NCBI GenBank assembly: GCA_041659505.1
Contig: JBAZYF010000001.1
Coordinates: 189,274-253,273 of the forward strand
DNA: 64,000 bases
Source: Parcubacteria group bacterium
GTDB lineage: Bacteria; Patescibacteriota; Minisyncoccia; Moranbacterales; UBA2206
Direction of reading: 5' to 3'
Both the position numbers and the translations under genes were made by a program. Shown here piece after piece: positions 25,701 to 37,500 of the stretch; the stretch's first letter is position 1; each line of letters begins with the position of its first letter. The notes below the pieces were generated by a model. It saw nothing but the letters and a program-made list of their open reading frames with translations. It was not told where the DNA came from and made no database searches.

Positions 25701-27990
25701 GCCCATTAATATAAAGTTTCTGACTAGTAGAATCTGACACTAAAACTACATGGGTCCATTTTCCTACAATGTTACCCGATGTAATTGAATTCAGATTATG
25801 ATTTGAACCATCATAAATATTTGATACTACTACTCCGGACGATGTAATACCTACCCACGCATCTGATGAAGCCACATTCACTGCTCTATTATTAGAAACG
25901 CCGCTGGGTGCTACGGACGGCTTTATCCAGGTAGATATTGTTATATTAGGGAAAAGCGCCGGGCTCATTGGATTTTTTATTACATAATCATCCACCCCAT
26001 CAAAACTCCCCCCATTCCCAAACTTTCCCCCGGCGGTTGTGGCGCCTCCGGCAGATGTTCCGTTATTATTGTTACCGCTAGCATCAATCACTTCCCCACT
26101 CGTGCCGTTCCAAAGACTCTCGTCCATTTTCCAATAACCGACCAGGCCGTCGGTGAGCCATTTGCTTGACTCTGAACCGAAAGCAGCCGACGCGCCTTGG
26201 GGGGCGCTTTGGCTTGCCAAGCCTGCATTATAATCCTGCAAAATCTGCGCTTGCGTGCGGGCGTAGGGGTAGATTTTTGGTTCGTCAATGGAGCCGGAAA
26301 AGAAATCATAATATCCGCCCTGATCATCCGCGCCGACAACAACCTTATTAGAATTAGAAATAATGGCACCACTAGGATTTCCGGTATTAACATCCTGTTT
26401 TCCATTAATATACATCTTGCACATTGATCCATCGTAAGTCGCCATTATATGATACCAAGTATTTACCGATAATGCAGTAGCGGAAGTTATATAAACTGTC
26501 CAGCCACCCTCTGATGTTTTTAAAAGAAATAAAACATTTCCATCGGAATTTATGTCTATTTTATATTCTTGCTCTTTGCCAGCAATTACATAAATATTTC
26601 CTAGCGAAGGAGTTGCATTTATTTTTACCCAAGCTCCAATAGTAAGGGTAGAAAGTCCACTTAAGCCAGTTGCATTACCCATATCCACATAATCACTCGT
26701 CCCATCAAATCCCAAACACTTCCCACTCACACACTCACTCTCCGGCTTCCACGTTGCACCGGTGATGGTGCCGTCGTTACTGCTTGAACTTTCATCGTGG
26801 GCAGTCGTTCCTTGGCCTTCGTCGAATGACCAATAGCCAACCGGTCCGCCGGGACTTTGTTCCACTTTTCCACTGACCGACAAAAACGCCGAAGGGTTGT
26901 TTTGATTGGCATATTCGGTGGCGATCCATTCGGGGGTGCGGACGGAATTGGAAATTTTTACTTCTTCAATATTTCCTGGAAATTGACTTGTATAACCCTG
27001 CCTCGCTCCAATAACAAACCCGTTGCCAGCGTGCCAAGGATCATCAATATCAGTCGGCCCCGCAACAAGACCGCCATTGATATATAACTTTGCCATATTA
27101 TCAACGTCTATTGTCGCACAAACATATTGCCACTGATCAAGTATGATGCTGCCAAATGCACTATTTAGACCGCCTCGATTATTATAAATGCTTAAATAAT
27201 AAGCCCCACTATCATTACCCATATTAAACTCGAAATCAGCATCACCAATAAATTGAGACATCCAATTATCATCCGTTTGTGGCTTTATCCAGGCACAACC
27301 CGTAATCGGATAATCATCCAAGTCAACAGTCGTATCAACATAATCATCCGTCCCATCAAAATCCAACCCCTTCCCCACTTTCGCGTCAACCAAATCCCCA
27401 CTCGTCATTGTTCCGCCCGAAGTTCCATTATTAGCATTGCTCGTCGAATCAGTCATCTGCGGAGCAGTGCCCGAAGGATCCTGATTCATATGTTGCACCA
27501 TCTTGAAATTTCCATCCCACACATTTGTTTTGTCTTGCTGGCTCGTCGCCGTAGCATTGCCGTAATAAAGATAAATTTCCGTGTCTTTGGCTTTGGTTAA
27601 ATTTGGCAATTTTACCCAAGCAACCAGAGCGCCCGTGCCGGAAGTATAAGATTCAATTTCGTGCGACAGTTTTTTGCCGGTGGAATCCGTGAACACCAAA
27701 TCATCGCCGTCGGTTTGTGCGCCGGTGATGAGGTTGGTGTCGGTGATGGAAACGAGGACAGGAAAGTTTTGCAGTTCGCCCGCCACCTGAGATTTGTTGA
27801 TGGTGATTTTTTTTCTGTAGCCCCAGGTGTCGTTCCACCAGGAGGCTTCGGTGTTTCGGCCGGAGAAGAAAAAATAGATGGGTAAAATTATGAGGACAAT
27901 TAAAACAAGCGACAACAAAGCACGCTTTTTGCGAGGAGAGAAAAGACGGCGGGTGTAATTTTTAATTTTGAATTTTGAATTTTGAAACAA
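22729..27990 (-). CDS. Multi-LamG surface protein (paralog 4): DUF2341 + 7 LamG domains
   Basis: N-region nearly identical to paralog 3; no ATG before the TM helix; the TTG start lies within a repeat arm. Confidence 0.85.
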   Translation of the reverse strand: MFQNSKFKIKNYTRRLFSPRKKRALLSLVLIVLIILPIYFFFSGRNTEASWWNDTWGYRKKITINKSQVAGELQNFPVLVSITDTNLITGAQTDGDDLVFTDSTGKKLSHEIESYTSGTGALVAWVKLPNLTKAKDTEIYLYYGNATATSQQDKTNVWDGNFKMVQHMNQDPSGTAPQMTDSTSNANNGTSGGTMTSGDLVDAKVGKGLDFDGTDDYVDTTVDLDDYPITGCAWIKPQTDDNWMSQFIGDADFEFNMGNDSGAYYLSIYNNRGGLNSAFGSIILDQWQYVCATIDVDNMAKLYINGGLVAGPTDIDDPWHAGNGFVIGARQGYTSQFPGNIEEVKISNSVRTPEWIATEYANQNNPSAFLSVSGKVEQSPGGPVGYWSFDEGQGTTAHDESSSSNDGTITGATWKPESECVSGKCLGFDGTSDYVDMGNATGLSGLSTLTIGAWVKINATPSLGNIYVIAGKEQEYKIDINSDGNVLFLLKTSEGGWTVYITSATALSVNTWYHIMATYDGSMCKMYINGKQDVNTGNPSGAIISNSNKVVVGADDQGGYYDFFSGSIDEPKIYPYARTQAQILQDYNAGLASQSAPQGASAAFGSESSKWLTDGLVGYWKMDESLWNGTSGEVIDASGNNNNGTSAGGATTAGGKFGNGGSFDGVDDYVIKNPMSPALFPNITISTWIKPSVAPSGVSNNRAVNVASSDAWVGITSSGVVVSNIYDGSNHNLNSITSGNIVGKWTHVVLVSDSTSQKLYINGQYDNSNSVGALNWEGDSRFQIGGISDNAPYDFNGQIDETRIYNRALSPDEIKKLYEWAPGPVLHLKMDEKVQGDAKTLADDSTYGNNGTTHYGANTTGMDCTTPGKFGSSCNFDGVDDYVSVPNPVAMIDLSQKTFSASAWVKNSTDYVPFLTKGASNNVSWYLTADEAGRIQFGINRDTDLRIVTNSVIPGDGKSHFVAVSFLGGDDVSGVSIYLDGTKVTGYQSQQNGVGAYVSDSGQELRIGRDDWGGYCGGQIDDVRIYNYARTQQQILEDMLGTPEPAGGGGNGQPIAHYNFNEGYGSVAHNFGYGGAVLNANLIAGGGANNSVALMWEKNGKNGKAVEFDGDDDYAEVPDNALLDFGANDFSVSFWVNKKSACSNWNNVWGVNKWDTGSSPGNNEWVINLCSDGETDKFFFAIESGSTSYTVVDPDTHSLNNWYHVVGLREGTNLKLYVDGKNKKTTSIGTVSVNNAGRSLRIANSNANSYYTNALFDDVKIYPYALTEDEIKTDYNSGASAQWGSAGTVATTGSPTNSTSGVYCVPGSTEPCAAPVGEWLMDKKVAGDAQTIYDTSGNGNNGTTNDGANNTGMDCTVPGKVGSACSFDGVDDATDTGNFSIGSSSFTVSGWIKAAIRSQNNYFINQQSGSGQRWYLATNHDDGRLIFYSDVTGWVLGNNTIPNNQWTHFSIVETPSSTKFYLNGLLDKGDGAGGCNASLNNLPIQIGHNTNSGSFLNGSIDQVRIYNYARTPAQIAWEYNQGKPIAEWKFDECQGGTVHDNSGNGNNGTINLGASGQTTTGTCSANANTPWYNGRTGKYAASLNFDGGDDYADIGDVSLLDGATSLTISFWYFLSSGATLAITPLEKWETNPSYIITSFTGNHPYVAVRQTSSAVASYYWVTDYTWEKEKWVHFTWTWKAGSPTINHVYIDGVDKALTSELDMGPSSVGNSPDHLKFGNAMNGQIDDIKIFNYALTAEQVKQLYNNSSALNFQ

Positions 27991-28514
27991 GTCTTTAATC
28001 TTTTAATTTTGAAACAATTTTACCGAATATCAAGGTTAGCTCTTGGCATTCTTTCCAAACATTTTTGAGTTCTTCTTTTTTACTTGGTTCGCATTCTGCT
28101 AGCATGCGCAACCAGTGTTTTGTTTCTTGCGTTTCTTTTTTGGAGATAAAAATTTTATTTCTAAAATCTTTTTTCGAACTAGCCGCGTTGGCTTCCATAT
28201 AGTTAGCACCAATACTAGTTGCGGAACGAACTATTTGATTGATAATTGGCTTATTAATGGAATCTTGTTTTATATTTTTGCATAACTTGATGACTTCTAG
28301 GCCAAATTTTGCCGTACGCTCTTCTAAATCATATACCATAAATTTAAATCTTAATTTTGAATTTTTAAGCTCGAATTTTGAAATAATTTTTTAATTTTCA
28401 AATGTTTCAAAATTAATTCATTCGAGTTTGTTTCAAAATTAAGAATTCGAAATTCAAAATTAACTTAGTTTATTCGAGTTTGTTTCAAAATTCAAAATTC
28501 GAAATTCAAAATTA
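27956..28514. mobile_element. Inverted-repeat-bounded four-helix-bundle passenger element
   Basis: 35-bp arms 27956-27990 / 28480-28514 (33/35 complementary), built from TTTTGAA heptamers; mobility is inferred. Confidence 0.6.
27995..28339 (-). CDS. Four helix bundle protein (TIGR02436 / 23S rRNA IVP-like)
   Basis: DLEERT..F, QIVRSATSIGANYMEA, SKKDF.NK..I.KKE..ET.HWL. Confidence 0.9.
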   Translation of the reverse strand: MVYDLEERTAKFGLEVIKLCKNIKQDSINKPIINQIVRSATSIGANYMEANAASSKKDFRNKIFISKKETQETKHWLRMLAECEPSKKEELKNVWKECQELTLIFGKIVSKLKD

Positions 28515-28515
28515 A

Positions 28516-31500
28516 CTACTTCTCCTCCACAATCCACCAGTTGACTTTCACGCTGCCGATGATCGGGTCGGAACATTTGATTTTGAATCCGGTGTACTCG
28601 CCGGTGACAACGTCGGTTTGTTTTTCCACCCAGACGCGTCCGCCGGCGTCGCCTTCGGGGGTGATAAAAATCTTGGTCGTCGCGCTAACGGCGGTCGTAT
28701 CAATCTTTACGGTCTTGCCATCTGACGCGGATATGATTTCCTCCTCGGTGACCGGCACATCGCAAATTCCGTTTTTCATAATCTTTCCGGCTTCACAAAT
28801 CACCACATCACCTAAGGTTTTCTTGGCCGCATCCACGATTTTCACGCTGAACGCTCCCGCCACGACGCTTTCCGCTTCCAGTTGGCCATTGAGAAGGATC
28901 GAATTGGCCGTGATACTGCCAGCCGTAATTTTTCCGTTCACAAAACTTAGATTAATTTCCCCTGTTTCCTTGTTAATATCCAGCGCATCGGCAAAATCCA
29001 TTACGCCTTGCGCTTGCACTTTCAGATCATCCATCTGCGTCTGGAGAGCCAGAAGGTCGCCAGATTGTTGGCTCAACTGCGCCTGCAAGTCTGCGATTTG
29101 CTGCGTCTGAGTTTCCAGATTCTGTGTGTCGGCAGTGATGCTGGAAAGTGTCTCCCCGATCAGTTGTAGTTTATTATCCACACTCAAAGATTGATCAGCC
29201 AGTTGACCGGTCAATTGGGCGACGATCTGGTTTTGATTTTGGGTGATGCTGGCAATCTGGGTTTCTTGCTGTTTAACTTGGCTGGAAAGGGCAATTGGAT
29301 TATTTATTCCACCGATCTGACCGAGCAGATATTTGGTCACTTCATTGATGGAAGAAACGGAAGCCGACAGATCGCGCTCTCCATTGGAAGCTAAAATGAA
29401 ATCGCTCAGCTTGGAGTGATCAAGCTGATTGGTCGAATCATTTTCGTCATACTCCCCATCCGGCAAACGTTGCATCGACAGCACTGCTTCGTAAGCCTGG
29501 TCGAGCGTTTTTGGATAAGCGGTGCGGTCAGTGATGGTGAGGGCGGACAGATTGGCGGTGGTATAGATGTCACCGACGACATAGAGCTTGGAAGTTGGAT
29601 CAGTTGTGCCGATGCCGACGTTGCCGGTTACTGTATCAATCCGCATTTTCTCTACTGAAGAAATATCATTAATAGTGACCAAACCTGCTTTCAAACTCAT
29701 TATATAGTCAGACGTATTGCTAAAAGTCAATGAGCCAACATCTTCGGCGCCGGGATATCCAAAATAGATTCCGGAACTGTAATATTGCTGAGAAGTCAGC
29801 ATCAACTCAGCATATCCATTGTAATTTGCAACTTGTACCTTTGCCATTGGATTCGTCGTCCCAATTCCCACATTTCCACTTGCATTAACATTAAAGCGTG
29901 AGCCGTTGATTTGGATGTCATCGTTGATGATTACTTCGCCCAAGTTGGCTGCAGACAGCGTCAGGTCAAGATTTTGCCAAGACGAATCAGTGGCGATATT
30001 GCCCGGGCCTTGGAACAGCAGATTGCCAGTATCTTCATTGGTGAGTAATAGATCATTGGCAAAGGAAACGTTGCCAGCCGAAGCAAACGACACGGGATTG
30101 GAGAAGGTTGTTTGTGCGCCACTGACCGTCATCACGTCTGTGCCGGCATAATCCAGTGTGAGTAGATTGCCCAGGCCATCACTGCGAATATATAGTCCGC
30201 CGGCGGATGCGGTGGTGGCGGAGTTATAGAAAGAACTGAGATAGCTATCGACTGATCCGGCTAGTTGCAGTTTGTAGCTTGGCGCGGTGGTGCCGATGCC
30301 GACGTTGCCAGCTATTAATGTTCCTATCGAATTCCCCTGAGTTCCATTTCCAATTGCCAGTACACCGCTAGATAATCGAGAAAGTCCAATATCTAATGTT
30401 CCCGCGTAACCGCCTTGCGACCAAGCAATTGAACTTGTGCTTGAAAGCTGTATTCCATTAGAATCAAGGTTCGCAGCAGAACCGCCATTTACGCTAGCGG
30501 CGTATAAATTTCCACTGGCGTTAAAATAGGTAACGACAGATCCGGTATTATTTTTAATCTCCAATAAATTCGTACTGCTCTGTCCAATCCCGGCTTGTAC
30601 GATAAAAGTAGTAGCACCGGTTTGATTCTCAATTCTAGAATTACCATTCACATCCAAAGCATACCCCGGATTCGTCGTTCCAATCCCCACATTCCCACTT
30701 CCCGTAATCAAAGCGAAATTATTATCCGCGCCTGACGCACTGAAATATCCGCCAATCGCAGTCGATGTTCCGCCGGTGTCGCCGGTGACGTTGGAATAGA
30801 TGCCGTAGGAATTAATTGTTCCGCCGGTGGCTCCGGTTCTGGAAAGGGCTTGATAGAGTCCGTAAGTTGTGTCGACTCCGGTGGTGACAATGCCGGTGTT
30901 ACTCAATGTTTGATAGATGCCATAGTTTGTTCCCGGGGCGGTGGTGCCGATGTTTAGGTTGTTTTGCAAAGTGTCATCGACAACCACAAATCCGTCGTTG
31001 GCGGCTGAGAGCGTCAAGTTGAGATTTTGCCAGCTGGATTCCGTGACAACATAACCCGGACCTTTGAAGCGGATATTGCCGGCGGTTGCATTGGTAAGAA
31101 GTAAGTCATTTGATAGCGACACATTGCCGGCCGAAGCAAACGAGACGGGATTGGAGAAAGTTGTTTGTGCGCCAGTGACCGTCATCACGTCCGATCCGGC
31201 ATAGTTTAAAGTCAAAAGACTGCCGAGGCCATCGCCACGGACATAGAGACCACCAGCCGAGTTTCCGGTGTTGGAATTGTAGAGATAACTCAAGTAGTTG
31301 TCGGTTGAACCGGTGACGTGAAGTTTGTAGGTTGGTGCGGTAGTGCCGATTCCGATGTTGCCGGAAGCATCAATGCGCATTCTTTCTGATCCGGATGTGT
31401 CTAAATTAATAAATCCATCATTGTGCGTAGTGTTATCTCCAGAACTTATGAACCACGAATAAGCACCATTAGGTGTCTGACCCCCAGAGCCGATACCACC

Positions 31501-34500
31501 TAACGCAGGATCAGAAATATAAAAGCCAGTATTGTCAATGGAATAAGTTGAACCAAGTCTAATGCTTGTTGCGAGTATTGAACCATTCACATCTAGCTTC
31601 GCTCCCGGATCCGTCGTCCCGATGCCGACGTTGCCATTTGCCAAAATTCTCATTCTTTCAAGATATTGCGTCACGAATGACATTACCCCTACAGATGTTA
31701 TGTTCAGCGAGTCATCTATGCCACTATTATTTTGATAAAGTATACTGCCCCGAGTTGGAGAAGTTGGCGAGCCGAAATATGAACCTGATACATATCCACC
31801 ATCACCAGCAATAAATTGCATCAGGGCTGAATTTGGATTATTTATTACGAATTGATACCCTGGCGCAGTCGTCCCAATTCCCACATTGCCATTTCCCGTA
31901 ATCAAGGCGAAATTGTTGTCGGCGCCTGACGCGCTGAAGTATCCACCGATCGCTGTCGATGTTCCGCCGGTGTCGCCGGTCACATTGGAATAGACACCGT
32001 AGGAATTGATTGTTCCACCAGTCGCTCCGGTTCTGGACAGGGCTTGATAGAGGCCATAAGTCGTGTCAACTCCGGTGGTCACAATGCCGGTGTTGTTCAA
32101 TGTTTGATAGATGCCATAGTTCGTGCCCGGGGCGGTAGAGCCGATGTTCAAATTGTTTTGCAATGTGTCGGCCACCACCACAAAGCCGTCATTGGCGGCG
32201 GACAATGTTAGGTCAAGATTTTGCCAGCCGGATTCGGTGACCACATAGCCAGCGCCTTGGAAGCGGATATTTCCGGCGGTCGAGTTGGTCAAAACCAAAT
32301 CATTCGAGAAAGCCACATTGCCGGCTGAAGCAAACGACACAGGATTGGAGAAAGTGGTTTGCGCGCCACTCACCGTCATCACGTCCGTGCCGGCATAGTT
32401 CAAAGTCAAAAGATTTCCCAGGCCATCGCCACGGACATAAAGGCCCCCAGCGGAATTTCCGGTGTTGGAATTATATAGATATGATAGATAGTTATCAGTT
32501 GAACCGGTGACGTGGAGTTTGTAGCCGGGAGCGGTGGTGCCGATGCCGACGTTGCCAGCTGCATTGATTAACATTGAATAATTACTACTATCACCATTTG
32601 TTGCAAAAGCAACATTGCCTCCTACGCCAGAATAAAGCTCGATTGAATTGTCTATGGCGTGGTCAAAGATAAGCCCCCCATCGCTTACTGAATTGTTAAA
32701 TAATCCCGCTGCCCCACCTGCCATAAATAAGTTTCCGCTTCTAATATAACCATTAGTATAAACTCCCACGTCGCTATCTGATGCTGTTACAATATCTAAT
32801 TTTCGTGTTGGATTCGTCGTTCCGATGCCGACGTTGCCGGAAGAGTTTATAACCATCTGAAGGGAAGCCATGTTAGTAGTTGAAAAGCCTAAAGAATTTC
32901 CACTTGTTAGAATAGGGCTATTGCCTCCGAGCATTGTTCCCCATGTTAAACTACCATATCCATTGATACCAAAAGCATTGCCAGCTGATACATTTCCACT
33001 GGCCGATATATTTCCGGTTACACTTAATTTTTCAGTCGGATTCGTTGTCCCAATTCCCACATTTCCATTTCCTGTAATCAAAGCGAAATTATTGTCGGCT
33101 CCTGATGCGCTGAAGTATCCGCCAATCGCGGTGGAGGTTCCGGTGCCGGCGTTGTCGGCGGTAACATTAGAATAAATTCCATAAGAATTGATCGTTCCGC
33201 CGGTGGCTCCGGTGCGAGACAGGGCTTGATAGAGTCCGTAAGTTGTGTCAACTCCGGTGGTTACAATTCCAGTGTTGTTCAGAGTTTGATAGATGCCATA
33301 ATTTGTTCCCGGTGCGGTGGAGCCGATGTTGAGGTTGTTTTGCAATGTGTCGGAAACGATGACGTAGCCATTGTTGGCGGCGCTAAGGTTGAGATTGAGA
33401 TCTTCCCAGCCGGATTCGGTGGCGATATAGCCCTGACTGCTAAAGCGGATATTGCCCGCCATTGGATTGGCCATCACCAAATCATTGGCCAGCGTCACAT
33501 TGCCAGCCGAAGCAAACGACACGGGATTAGAGAAAGTCGTTTGCGCTCCGCTGACTGTGAACACGTCTGTGCCGGCATAATTCAAAGTGAACAGATTGCC
33601 CAAGCCATCGCCACGAACATAGAGGCCACCAGCGGAGTTTCCGGTGTTGGAATTGTAGAGATAACTCAAATAGTTGTCGGTTGAGCCGGTGACGTGGAGT
33701 TTGTAACCGGGTGCGGTGGTGCCGATGCCAATGTTGCCAGCATTGCTAACGAAGAGTCCATTTCCTGTTCCTCCATAAATATAAGCATTGCCTCCCGCGG
33801 CAGTTTCTCCCTGCAATCCAATTCCATTAGTTGCTTTAAGATATCCCTGAACTCCTCCGCTTTGTTTGAAAACAAGCACGTTAGGATCCGTTCCTTTGCC
33901 ATCAAAACTCCCAGTGCCATATACATCCAATTTGTACCCCGGATTCGTCGTCCCGATGCCGACGTTACCACCAAGTCCTAAAACTGTGGCCGAATTAGCA
34001 TATCGCCCAAATATTTCCAGCGCATTTGATGTTATTGAAAAAGGATGAGTGGCATCGTAATTCACCGCAAACGTTGCATAATAACCTGCGCTAGAAGAAC
34101 TAACTACTCCCATAGCTGGATTAGCTACTCCGCCTATTTCGAGTTGTCTGGTCGGATTCGTCGTCCCGATGCCAACGTTGCCGGTGGAAGATATGAACAT
34201 TCTATCACTTCCGGCGGTCATAAAACTTATGAATTGCGATCCACTATCACTTCCCTGGATACCAGTTCCAGTTGCTCCAAAATACAAATAGTTGCTATAG
34301 CCGAGGAATAAATTTGACCTTATACGAGATTGTCCATCCACATCCAATATATACTGCGGACTTGTCATTCCAATTCCCACATTCGTCCCATCGTTATATA
34401 GATTGCTCGTCGCGGTCCAGGTTCCGGCGTTGCTGTAGAGTGTTTGGCCGGTGATGCCGGTCGGCAGTGAACCTCCGCCAGTGAGATTGATGCCGTTCCA

Positions 34501-37500
34501 GAGCAAATTGCCCCCGACGTTATAGAGCCGGTCGGTGGTTGGAGTTGGCGCCGTCGTCTGCGCCAAGTGCAGTCGGCCATTGACATCTAAAATTTCCACC
34601 GGAGCGGTGGTGCCGATGCCGATGTTTCCGGAAGAATTAATAACTAAATCTGAAGTAGGAGTTTGCCCAGAAGCATTTACATTTGTTAATCGACCAAATG
34701 ATAAAATACCTGCAGATACATTATTCATTAATACGCGACCCATTATTCCTCTTGTAATGAATGTATCCCCATTCGCACCCTGCTCACCATTGAAAACTAA
34801 ATACGGATAGCCACTGCTATAAGTAGAGCCAATAGCACTTCCATATCCTGCTGCATTAGGATGTCCAAATTCCAATCCATTTCCCGTGCCCCGCGCAGAA
34901 ATTAATGTGATAGATTGGGAGTTCCCTCCAATATCCAATCTTACTCCCGGACTCGTCGTGCCAATTCCAACATTTCCCGCCGCAGTGACTACAAAAGCGT
35001 TTGCGCCAGAGTTATTCACTTGCAAAAGTTGTGACGGCGCGGTTGTCCCGATGCCGACGAAACCGTTGGCGTCGATAATCATTGCGGTGGTGCCGGAACC
35101 CATTGTGACTTTGGAGTTGGCGGCGCTGAGGCGCAATAGTTCTTGACTATTGCCCAGGCCATTAGCACCGATGAACACAAAATCTCCGCCGGTGATGTTG
35201 GAGAAAACGGTCGAGTTGGCGCCGAGCGCTCCGACAGTCGGCGTGCCAACAATGAGGCCACTGACCGCCGTGTTGGCAGTGACCGGCGTCGCGCGGTGGG
35301 TAATGATCGAATCATTGGAATCACCCAGGGTAAAATATTGATCATCTTTCATCGAGAACGCTCCGGTCACCGTGAGGCCGGCAAAACTTGGTGAGCTGGT
35401 CGTCAAAAGATGCTGATTGAGATTCGCGTCTCCCGTGAGGTTTAGGGTGTAAGTGCTAAGTCCCAGTGTTCCGCTTCCACTGGAAATCGTGTTGCCATTC
35501 ACTTTCACCGCCGTCACCTCGCCCAAGGCATTGACTTGGAATTGAGAAGTGGCGCCGACGGAAAGCAGAGCCAATGGATTCGTCGTTCCGATTCCCACAT
35601 TCCCGCCATTAGCAATCCACATCCGATCTGCATTGGCGGTTCTGAAATATAGACTGCTACCAGCGCCGGTTCCGCTCCAATTAATACTCTCCGTGCCATT
35701 AGAATTAACGATGTCTAGGTTTGATGAACGCATGTATAGTCCTGCACCAGATGCAAAGACTCGCAAATTTCCTACTATATCCAAAGCCACTCCCGGAGCA
35801 GTCGTCCCAATTCCCACATTCCCCGCCGAAGTCACATTCAAACCGTTTGTTCCGCCGGCGATGAGGGAAAGGATGTCTGCATCAGCTGTTCCAACTCCGG
35901 TATTTTGATCAGCAAAGAAAGTAAAACCAGGGATTGTTCCCGAAGGAGTTGCGTGTAGGATCGCTGCACCATTGGTAACATTAGAATGGATAAAGCTGGA
36001 ACTTATGCTCCACGCGCCACCTCCATTTAAATTTATCATCAAACTATCATCTGCATCTTCATAAATCCCACTATCCCCGTCGCCAAAAGCCAAGCCAGTC
36101 GCCAAACTGCCGACTCCGCCGTTGAGGTGGAGGATGGCTAGCGGATTGGTGGTGCCGATGCCGACTTGGCCCGCCGAAGTAACAACGAAGGAGGCCGTTG
36201 CCGAACTATTAACTTGAAAAAGTTGCACTGGCGAGACAGTACCAATTCCCACATTGCCACCATTAAAATAACTATTTCCCGAACCGGTCACAGCAAGAAG
36301 GCCTCCCATTGATAAATTTCCAGCAGTATCCATTACGATAAGAGGAGCTGAGCCAGTGGCGGTGGTTGGGTTTCCGGTAGCACTGTATTTCGGATTCCAT
36401 CCTCCCGCCAAGAGCGGAGGTGTAGCGCCAGTCGTGTTGGAATACCATATATTAGTAGAATTATCCGGTCCGATACCATCAATACTCATGTCACCGGCAT
36501 AACTGCCAATATACCAGGTATTGTCCCCGCTTGACCACCAGATATACCAGGTGACCCCGAATTGGTAATAATTTTTCCCATTATGTTGCCCCATATATAC
36601 ATATGTCCCATTGGGGCTACCCATTGTGCCTCCGCCATTACCGCTCACCACTATTGGGACAACAACAGTTTGTCCAATTGTTGCCGACTGAGAGACTAAA
36701 GCTCCCATGGAAGACACTGTAAATTGATTGTCTGCTACTGCCAGTAACTGCGTTGGATTCGTCGTCCCAATCCCGACATTCGTACCATCGTCATACAGCA
36801 CCCCTGTCGAAAGATTATTGGCTCCTGTCCAGCGGGCGACATAGTTTTGGGTACCGGTGCCCAGGGCGAATGTTCCAGTGGCATCGGGCAATGTATAGGT
36901 CTGCACGGCGGTAAGATTAGCAATCGTCAATTGTCCTCGGCCATCGGCGTCATAGAAATAGAGTTGGGTGCCGGCGGTGCCGGTTGCAGTGAAGGCGTCG
37001 CCGGAAGTGACGTTGCCAATGCCGGTGATGTCACCGATTCCGCCTGTTCCTGCCGCAGACCAACTCATGGCACCGTCTATGGCCGAAGTGAGAACATAAC
37101 CTGATCCGCCGGGATAGCTACCAGGCAGAGTATAGGTGATGTCCGCTGTTTGATCGGCGCCTTGAAGAATTGTGTAGTATTGAGGAGTTGATCCACCTTC
37201 CAAGATTCCCATTGTTCCGGCGATGGAGAGTTTTTGGAGAGGGTTCGTGGTGCCGATGCCTAAATTACCATCTGTAGTAAGTCTCATTTTCTCCAAAGTT
37301 GTGCCTCCCACGGCAAAATATAAATTTTCACCGGCATTTGAAGCAATTTGGCCAGAATTATTGCCGATAACAAGACCATTCAAGTAAATCGCATCTCCCC
37401 CGATGTTTCCATTTACATGTAATTTATAGAGGGGATTCGTCGTTCCGATGCCAACGTTGCCGGAAGAATTGATTCGCATCGCCTCTGCTCCGACCGTAGA

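Noticed and set aside
19860-28339. Diversity-generating retroelement (Avd-like four-helix gene plus near-identical repeats)
   Set aside because: No reverse transcriptase in the window; differences between paralog 3 and 4 copies are not adenine-specific; no TR/VR pair seen
188-28518. Classical integron with attC cassettes
   Set aside because: No IntI gene, and the repeats lack RYYYAAC/GTTRRRY attC ends
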